Origin: a virus
Virus record (IMG/VR): IMGVR_UViG_3300045988_115355
Location: 1-64,000 of that record
DNA: 64,000 nt
Strand: one strand, 5' to 3'
Shown here: positions 57,808-64,000 of the stretch, one piece after another
How positions within the stretch are numbered: the stretch's first letter is position 1
Layout of the letters: every line of letters starts with the position of its first letter
Made by a program: the position numbers and the translations under genes
The notes under the pieces: generated by a model
The model's database searches: none
What the model was told of the DNA's origin: nothing
What the model saw: the letters and a program-made list of their open reading frames with translations, nothing else

Positions 57808-58758
57808 TTATTTATCAAACTCATTAATCTTAGCCTCAATAAACATCTTCAATGTTTGATTGACAGGCTTATTGATATAAGCAGCAGCTACTGAGAGAAT
57901 AGCATCACCCTTATCACATAAAGGTTTACCATCAACAGTAAAGAAAAAACCATTTCTTACAATGATAGCTCCTACTTCTGCGCCTCTCTTAATAAGCAGT
58001 TTAGAGTAGAACATGGGGTCTTCTACAATCCTTAAGAAGAGCTTAGCATCTGCCTTGATAAGTTTATCAATCTTATCAGATAAGACGTCTGAAGAGGTAT
58101 TTACAGCATAGGGTTTTCCTTCTGCCATTTCTAAGATAAATCTCATCTTATGTTTATCATCTTCAATCTTACCAAACTCCTTATAAGCAGCAACAGTGGC
58201 ATTCACTCTCTTCTTATTGGCTTTTGCTTCTTCTGTCTCATGTAAGATAACAAACTCATAAGTAGCTTTAGGTCTATTCTGAAGCATATCTAAAGAAGGA
58301 GCAATAAAGTCCTTGTTAGCCAACAGTACCTTATATTTGATATAATCTTCAGGAACACTTAAATCTAAGTAGTTATCCTGCTTCTGTAGTCTTACAAAGA
58401 AATTCTTCCAAAAGTTATCCTTCTTTCTATATACAGAGAGAGCGTTATCTTCAAGCCCCATAGCCTTCTCTAAGAATGATTTTTCAGTCTTAGTAAGCAC
58501 ATCTACTAATTGCCCTGACCTAAGCATAGGAACAGTAAACCATCGTGAAGCCTCTTCAGACATACCACCATAGTTAATATGCTTGGGGTTATGAATTAAG
58601 GCAGATTCTTTAGGAACGTGCTTTACAATAACTCTTTCATTTCTCAAAGGGTTTTCCTTTACTTCCTCTTGCTCTGTATATACTTCTGCCATATCTTCTT
58701 GTACTACAGTTTCTTCAATTTCTTTAGGCTTTTTGCCTTTCTTCTTAGTCTCTTCCAT
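57808..58758 (-). CDS. Structural-module protein (316 aa) immediately downstream of the capsid-candidate gene
   Basis: ORF. Acidic N-terminus. Confidence 0.5.
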   Translation of the reverse strand: MEETKKKGKKPKEIEETVVQEDMAEVYTEQEEVKENPLRNERVIVKHVPKESALIHNPKHINYGGMSEEASRWFTVPMLRSGQLVDVLTKTEKSFLEKAMGLEDNALSVYRKKDNFWKNFFVRLQKQDNYLDLSVPEDYIKYKVLLANKDFIAPSLDMLQNRPKATYEFVILHETEEAKANKKRVNATVAAYKEFGKIEDDKHKMRFILEMAEGKPYAVNTSSDVLSDKIDKLIKADAKLFLRIVEDPMFYSKLLIKRGAEVGAIIVRNGFFFTVDGKPLCDKGDAILSVAAAYINKPVNQTLKMFIEAKINEFDK

Positions 58759-58803
58759 TTATTATTCTCCCTATAATATTATTATTTAAATTAAAAGTAC
58801 CTC

Positions 58804-58825
58804 GAGGGTATAATTAAATACCCTC
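58804..58825 (-). terminator. Hairpin (8-bp stem 'gagggtat'/'ataccctc', 6-nt loop) just downstream of the capsid-candidate gene. Probable terminator or attenuator.
   Basis: Read directly from the sequence. Minus-strand downstream 'cttttaatttaaataataat'. Confidence 0.4.
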
Positions 58826-58844
58826 AAGGTTGATAGTTGATATA

Positions 58845-60380
58845 TTAAGAAGCTAAAATACTAGGTATAATAGCCATGGTCTTCGTGGGGTCATAAACAA
58901 TAGTACCGAAAGTAGCCATCTTATGAACAGTTGCAGAATCTTCTGAATAGCTCATGTTGTTGATGTTTCTTTCACCTGTGAAAGGATTTCTAAATCCTGA
59001 TTCATAACCTCTTACCTCATAGTCACCCTTAATAGCTGTCTTTTGGATATTAGGAGTTTCCTCGTCTGCACCAATATACCAAATATCAAATCTATAACTA
59101 AAGGCAACACCACCTTCAGGATGTAAGATTTTATTTCTTACCTTATCATCATAGAAGGGGTCTACATTAAGTTTTACATAAACACCATTAGGAGCCTGCC
59201 ATTCAGTAACCTGATAGTCAGTAATTCTAACAGCATTCGTAGGAGCAAACTTTGAAGCTACCTTAGAAACAGCAGCAGGATTACCATCACTATGAGTGAA
59301 GATAGGCATCCATCCTGAAGTCTCCTTCTTAGCCTCTCTATTAAAGATAAGAGCACCTCTCTCACCTGTATTAATGACAAACTTTCTATTAGCAAAGTTT
59401 AGCTTACCTTCAGAGAGTTCTGACAAAGCATTGATAATCAACTTCATAACAGTAGTAGTGTCATTGTAATACATAGCATTAGCTACCTCTGATTGCTCAA
59501 AGATACCAGCACCCATTCTAATCACATTACCTGACTTACCAAAGTTAAGATACTCACCATTGGCATTTCTGTTACATCTACCAAAGGCCATAGCAGTGTT
59601 CTTTTGGTCTTGGAACTCTGTTTCAAACTGCCAATCCACATAGTGCATCCACATGTTTGAATTATCCTTAACCTGATTACCACTTGCATCCTGCTTAACC
59701 ATAGGAATACCAAAGGCAAGTTTTCTATTCATCTTATTACCTGCTACCTTATGAGAAAGTCTGATAGTCGTCCAACCATTTCTCATAGCTACAGGAGTAG
59801 TAAAATGAATATCACCAACCTTTCTTGAAAGCTCTGCCTCTACAGGAGTATATTCAATAGAGAATCTCTCACCAGCAAGCAGTCTTTCAGCAGGAATACC
59901 TTCTGTAATACCACCCATCAACTCACAGCAATAGACAGCATTAGTACCTTCAAATCTTGCACTACCCTTCACTCTAATAGGATAAGCCTCATTAAGATTA
60001 CCACCAATCACTGTACCATCAGGGAACCAATCTTCAGGAAATACCAAGTAGAAGTCAGAACCACCAACACCTACATTGTTACCACCTGCTACTACAACAG
60101 TAGTACCATCCTGCTCTCTTGCTTCAATCAGAGGTACATTCTTCTTAGAAGAGCCTAAGACATTCCAAAAATACTCTGTATCATCATCAAACTCCTTAGT
60201 AGGGAATTGATTCAGGAAAGTCTCCAAGGTGTTACCTCTATTTGCTGCAAGCAATCTAATCATAATGTCAGAAGCTCTTTGAGGTTGTTTTTGGAACATA
60301 GCTCCTAAGTGATTATCAGAGGTTAAACCTGTCCAACCTGTAAATCCGAGTGTCTGAAATTTACCTAATTTACCAGCCAT
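58845..60380 (-). CDS. Major capsid protein candidate (511 aa)
   Basis: ~500 aa, directly downstream of an acidic coiled-coil scaffold-like gene and followed by a hairpin terminator, which is the typical scaffold-MCP arrangement. No fold evidence by eye. Confidence 0.45.
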   Translation of the reverse strand: MAGKLGKFQTLGFTGWTGLTSDNHLGAMFQKQPQRASDIMIRLLAANRGNTLETFLNQFPTKEFDDDTEYFWNVLGSSKKNVPLIEAREQDGTTVVVAGGNNVGVGGSDFYLVFPEDWFPDGTVIGGNLNEAYPIRVKGSARFEGTNAVYCCELMGGITEGIPAERLLAGERFSIEYTPVEAELSRKVGDIHFTTPVAMRNGWTTIRLSHKVAGNKMNRKLAFGIPMVKQDASGNQVKDNSNMWMHYVDWQFETEFQDQKNTAMAFGRCNRNANGEYLNFGKSGNVIRMGAGIFEQSEVANAMYYNDTTTVMKLIINALSELSEGKLNFANRKFVINTGERGALIFNREAKKETSGWMPIFTHSDGNPAAVSKVASKFAPTNAVRITDYQVTEWQAPNGVYVKLNVDPFYDDKVRNKILHPEGGVAFSYRFDIWYIGADEETPNIQKTAIKGDYEVRGYESGFRNPFTGERNINNMSYSEDSATVHKMATFGTIVYDPTKTMAIIPSILAS

Positions 60381-60399
60381 AATTCAATTTAAAATTTAA

Positions 60400-61578
60400 T
60401 TAATACTTACTATTATCAAGTAACCATCCATCGTTTTTCATCACATCATTAAGGCCATTACCTCTATCACCTTCAGCATAAGCCAAACTACCACCCATGG
60501 GCGATGTACTTAACTTTGTTTCAAAATCACTAAGACGAGATTTCACTTGCTTTTTAACTTGTTTGTTTATAATTCCATCTAAGCTCTCAAAGCCATTGGT
60601 TAAAGTAAAGAGAACACCTAAAGCTTTTCTAAACTCTACAGGGTGTTCATCAGCATATTGCTGTACCTTAGTAACAGGGTTTCCTTCAGTATCTTTCCCT
60701 ACAATCTTAGTCATCACTTCATAGGCTTTCTGCCTTGTAGGAGCATCTAACTGAATACCATTAAATACTTCTTTACTTTCTAAAAGAGATTTCTTAAACT
60801 CTTCAGCCTCTTTCTTTACTTTTGCTTGAGCTTCTTTCTCTTTTTCCTTAGCTTCATTAACAGTACTATCATACTTATTCTGATAGAACTGTTTAACACT
60901 TTCAAGAGCATCCTTAGCATCCTCTTTGTCAGTACCTGCATCAATACTTCTTTTAGTTAAAGTCTTTGCTTTTTCTTCAGAAATACCTTTGTTAATAAAG
61001 TCCTGATAGATGAGGTTAGCTCTAATATTCTGCCCTTCATCTGTTTCAGCATTTATTCTATCTTCATCAATACTATTTAAGTTATTAATGATGTTAGTAT
61101 AATTCTGAATAGATTCCTGTGGAATACCATAATCAAGAGCTTCTTTGATTCTCTTCTGCTCTTCAGTAAGTCTTGCAGTTACTTCTTTCTCAATAGCTTC
61201 TGCCATACTTTGAGCATCTTTGATACCATTTAAAGTCTCTTCATCTAAGTTTTGAAGATAGCCGTCTTCCCTCATAGCCTTGGCAAAGGAAGAGACAAAA
61301 TTGTTATTGGGAGAAACATCCTCTTTTTGAGAAGACGGCTCTTCAATATCTTTTTTATTCTCTTCACCACCTACGCTCTTTGGTTTACTATCCTCGCCAA
61401 ACAAATTTTCAGCAGTCTCTATAACCTCGGTAGTGTTTTTTACTTCATCATTAGACTTCTCTTCCTCCACTTGCTTACCACTGTTATCAGTAGTATCATC
61501 AACTTTCTCTTCCGTATTATTGCCAAATAATACAGAAGCATCTGTAAAAGCTGAATCATTTAAAACAAATTCTCCCAT
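60400..61578 (-). CDS. Scaffolding-protein-like acidic coiled-coil protein (392 aa)
   Basis: E/K-rich heptad-like segments ('KEKEAQAKVKKEAEEFKKSLLESKE'). Position immediately upstream of the MCP candidate. Confidence 0.4.
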   Translation of the reverse strand: MGEFVLNDSAFTDASVLFGNNTEEKVDDTTDNSGKQVEEEKSNDEVKNTTEVIETAENLFGEDSKPKSVGGEENKKDIEEPSSQKEDVSPNNNFVSSFAKAMREDGYLQNLDEETLNGIKDAQSMAEAIEKEVTARLTEEQKRIKEALDYGIPQESIQNYTNIINNLNSIDEDRINAETDEGQNIRANLIYQDFINKGISEEKAKTLTKRSIDAGTDKEDAKDALESVKQFYQNKYDSTVNEAKEKEKEAQAKVKKEAEEFKKSLLESKEVFNGIQLDAPTRQKAYEVMTKIVGKDTEGNPVTKVQQYADEHPVEFRKALGVLFTLTNGFESLDGIINKQVKKQVKSRLSDFETKLSTSPMGGSLAYAEGDRGNGLNDVMKNDGWLLDNSKY

Positions 61579-61596
61579 AGTCTTTTAAATTTATTA

Positions 61597-61604
61597 CAAA
61601 ATTA
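61597..61604 (-). promoter_or_regulatory. Candidate -7 promoter element 'TAATTTTG' (minus strand), 19 nt upstream of ATG 61578
   Basis: Plus-strand 'caaaatta' in the 88-nt intergenic gap. Confidence 0.3.
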
Positions 61605-61666
61605 AATGTTATTTTATTGTTAAAATTTATGTCACATATTATCACTAATAGATGCTTATGATAAAA

Positions 61667-62089
61667 CTAATAGCTTACAGTCAGATATACCTTATCAGCA
61701 CTTTTGATTCTCTCTAAAAGCCTATTATAAGTATCTTTACTATTAAGTACTTTTCCTTTAGCTTTATTCTCTCCTACTAAGATACAACCATCTGTATCTT
61801 CTGAAGTATTACCTGCATGGATTCTAATCCCTGCAAAGCCTTTCACATTCATCACTAAAGGCATGATTCTTTTAAACCTATTACTGTAATTTAAAATAAC
61901 AGTATAAGTCCCTGTAGGAATAGCAGTGATATGAGGCTTCTTTAAGAACATTATCTTCTCTATAGGCATGTTCTCTTCAAGACCCCTATCCTTATCTTCT
62001 AAAGTATCACAGAAATAAGCACCGTCAATATAAAGTTTACCTATTGTATAGGTATCCTTTAAAGCAATTCTTTTTACTTCAATATTCAT
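61667..62089 (-). CDS. Small protein (140 aa) with an L,D-transpeptidase (YkuD)-like catalytic signature. Candidate cell-wall-acting enzyme or endolysin.
   Basis: 'GIRIHAGNTSEDTDGCILVG' fits the YkuD 'H-x(8-10)-(S/T)-x-G-C-(I/V)' His/Cys motif ('IHGT...S.GCIR'). Confidence 0.35.
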   Translation of the reverse strand: MNIEVKRIALKDTYTIGKLYIDGAYFCDTLEDKDRGLEENMPIEKIMFLKKPHITAIPTGTYTVILNYSNRFKRIMPLVMNVKGFAGIRIHAGNTSEDTDGCILVGENKAKGKVLNSKDTYNRLLERIKSADKVYLTVSY

Positions 62090-62889
62090 TATTTATAAAT
62101 TTTATTGTATGCGTAAATATATAAGTAGGGCTTAGCTTCAACAGCCCACTCTTTTAATATTTTGTAAATAGTAATACTGTCAGGTCTGTACTTTAAATTA
62201 TTCTCTTTCCAAGCTACAGAGATAATAGATAAAGGAAGGTTATCTTCATGTACAAAATACATAGCTTTATATCCTACTTCTGCCTCCCTCATCCTTAAAG
62301 AATAGTCTTCATCTATCTTGTATAAATCTTTAGCACTACCTGCCCAAAAATTATCTTTGTTTTCTCTTAGGTATCTATAAATACCTAAATCTCTTGTAGG
62401 AATATCTACATATCTCTTTGAAGGGTCTCTGTAATATCCTGTAATCTTACTGATATTTCTTTTCTTTGATACCTTCTCATAGCCTTCATCCATATACTTA
62501 AAGTCTATATTTCCTGAAGTATATTTACCATTGTGAAATAAAGAGATAAGGCATCTGTCAGCATCTAAAGCCTTTAGGATATTGTAAGATATATCATTTA
62601 GATTATCCTCAATCTCATCACTTAAGATGGCTTCTTTCATCTTATTCCTTACTCTTACAGAATCTACATCTTCAGCAGCATCTACTACTGCTTCCTTAGT
62701 AATATTCTTAATCACAGGGGTATAGTTCTTTAAGCTAATATCTCTATTAAAGATTGAGAATAAAGTATAAATTCCTAAGATAATTACAATGTACAAAACT
62801 ACCTTAAAGAAATTCTTAAGAGAAATACCTACAAGGAATTTATAGACTTTTCTTGCACTATTTATGATTACTTCTATTGTCTTATCCAT
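62089..62889 (-). CDS. Membrane protein (266 aa), single N-terminal TM helix
   Basis: 'FFKVVLYIVIILGIYTLFSIF' hydrophobic segment. Start overlaps the downstream gene. Confidence 0.5.
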   Translation of the reverse strand: MDKTIEVIINSARKVYKFLVGISLKNFFKVVLYIVIILGIYTLFSIFNRDISLKNYTPVIKNITKEAVVDAAEDVDSVRVRNKMKEAILSDEIEDNLNDISYNILKALDADRCLISLFHNGKYTSGNIDFKYMDEGYEKVSKKRNISKITGYYRDPSKRYVDIPTRDLGIYRYLRENKDNFWAGSAKDLYKIDEDYSLRMREAEVGYKAMYFVHEDNLPLSIISVAWKENNLKYRPDSITIYKILKEWAVEAKPYLYIYAYNKIYK

Positions 62890-62890
62890 A

Positions 62891-63541
62891 TTACTTCACT
62901 ATAGTTACAAATCTATTACTATCTGATTTAATGTAAGGATTTCTTTCCTTCACCTCCACATTAATCACAGTATGTTTCTTTTGAAACCACCTTAATAAGA
63001 AAAACTTCTTAGGAGGCTCAATAGTCTCTTTCCTTGCAAAAGTAATAATATATTTCTCACTCTTAAAGTAAGGACTTACTACTAAAGCATTTGGATAATG
63101 TAAACTAAGTTTAAGTCTATACCATTCATTATTTAATGTAGTGTCTATCTTTGTATTATTCTTAAAGATAGTATCTCTTAAATGTAGTGTGTCTACTTTA
63201 GTGATAGTTGTCTTTAAATAACTATAGCTGACTAAAGATTTAGGTTTAACCTTTAGTTGCTTCATAGTGCTTAACAATTCCTTTGATATATAATCATTGG
63301 CATTCTTAAGCTCTCTTACTTTTAACTCATACATCTTAGCTTTATCAGGCAGAGAATCTTGCTCTGCCTGCATAGCTTTAATAGTGATAACAGCTCTTTT
63401 GTATTCACTCTTATAATAGTGATATTCCTTATAACCTGCTATACATACTATCATAGTTACTATAAAGAAAGTAACATATAATGTTTTTAAATTTAAGTAC
63501 CTCATGTTATTCAGCATTTTTATAAGTAAAAGCAGACCCAT
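62891..63541 (-). CDS. Membrane protein (216 aa) with an N-terminal TM helix and a coiled-coil-like region (spanin-like topology)
   Basis: 'LYVTFFIVTMIVCIAGY' TM, followed by 'AMQAEQDSLPDKAKMYELKVRELKNANDYISKELL'. Confidence 0.45.
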   Translation of the reverse strand: MGLLLLIKMLNNMRYLNLKTLYVTFFIVTMIVCIAGYKEYHYYKSEYKRAVITIKAMQAEQDSLPDKAKMYELKVRELKNANDYISKELLSTMKQLKVKPKSLVSYSYLKTTITKVDTLHLRDTIFKNNTKIDTTLNNEWYRLKLSLHYPNALVVSPYFKSEKYIITFARKETIEPPKKFFLLRWFQKKHTVINVEVKERNPYIKSDSNRFVTIVK

Positions 63542-64000
63542 CTAAATCACCTGCAATTCTTTCACCTCTTATAATAGTATCATCCATTAAGAATTGCATG
63601 TTAAAAGCAAGACCTATAGAATCAGGTAAAAAGCCTCCTATAAAGAAGTTAACTATTTTATCCGTAAAGGTTGAGAAGTCATCCATCTTTACTACACAGA
63701 TAGCTTCATTCTTAGTGCAAGGAGCATCAAAGTCTATAAATAGGAACTTTAATTTATTACCTAAATTATAAACCTTAAATTTGTTATAATAAGAAATTCC
63801 CTTCCTAACAGGTATATCAATATATAATCCATTTAATGTTCCTTTATAGTAATTTAAACCATTAGCAACAGGATGAGGATAAATTCTTAAAGTTCTCTTA
63901 TCATCTTGAAGTATTACTAATTGTTTGATTTTAGTAGGTATAGCACTCCAAGGCTTACAAATTCCTCTATATAATAGATTATGGTCTACTTTCCAAGTAG
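63507..64000 (-). CDS. 3' part of a gene that runs past the window edge. Function unknown.
   Basis: Minus-strand frame open from 64000 down to the TAA at 63507-63509 ('...TWKVDHNLLYRGICKPWSAIPTKIKQLVILQDDKRT...AGDLDGSAFTYKNAE*'). Confidence 0.4.
   Translation of the reverse strand, partial: TWKVDHNLLYRGICKPWSAIPTKIKQLVILQDDKRTLRIYPHPVANGLNYYKGTLNGLYIDIPVRKGISYYNKFKVYNLGNKLKFLFIDFDAPCTKNEAICVVKMDDFSTFTDKIVNFFIGGFLPDSIGLAFNMQFLMDDTIIRGERIAGDLDGSAFTYKNAE

Noticed and set aside
22567-64000. Genome-wide stop-codon reassignment (TAG or TGA recoding, as occurs in some crAss-like phages)
   Set aside because: All late genes, including ORFs of 4-9 kb, are uninterrupted under the standard code. The stop interruptions seen are confined to two small early genes.
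1-64000. tRNA genes, CRISPR arrays, integrase/transposase, or prophage attachment sites
   Set aside because: Intergenic regions were scanned by eye for T-loop-like GTTCGAATC/GTTCAAATC boxes and for regularly spaced direct repeats, and none was found. No tyrosine or serine recombinase or DDE motifs were seen in any ORF. The scan was visual, so small tRNAs cannot be fully excluded.

Overview
The whole 64 kb window reads as one piece of a tailed-phage genome. It is visibly AT-rich, carries no rRNA, tRNA, CRISPR array, integrase or transposase, and is organised as two convergent gene blocks that meet at a bidirectional terminator near 22.5 kb. That layout, the Bacteroidota-type TAnnTTTG promoter motifs, a run of giant virion genes of 601-2996 aa, and a giant protein with an 'SGSDFDID' aspartate-triad motif make it most consistent with a crAss-like (Crassvirales-type) phage of a Bacteroidota host. 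The plus-strand block (1..22484) holds DNA-metabolism and early genes. These include an SSB-like protein with a DLDKDLPF tail, a DnaG-like primase, two PD-(D/E)xK/RecB-family nucleases, dUTPase, a membrane-anchored retropepsin-like aspartic protease, a family-A DNA polymerase with 3'-5' exonuclease, ThyX, and many small ORFs including YopX-, DUF3310-, MazG- and ASCH-like ones. The most unusual part of this block is a three-gene module at 2907..6059: a degenerate MPN-like protein, a canonical JAMM/MPN+ metalloprotease and a ThiF/MoeB E1-like enzyme, with a possible beta-grasp protein just upstream. The minus-strand block (22567..64000) holds late and virion genes. From the 64 kb end inward these are a membrane-protein + YkuD-like candidate lysis trio, a scaffold-like protein, a major-capsid candidate, tandem paralogous head/connector-type genes, and then giant genes. 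One giant (1395 aa) has an embedded T4-lysozyme-like domain; another (2996 aa) carries HExxH and DFDID motifs and is the candidate virion RNA polymerase. Hairpin terminators and TAnnTTTG motifs split this late block into about five transcription units. Two early genes are interrupted by single in-frame stop codons: a MazG-like gene by TAA and an ASCH-like gene by TGA. The ORF track uses TTG/GTG as well as ATG, so several starts were moved to the first plausible ATG.
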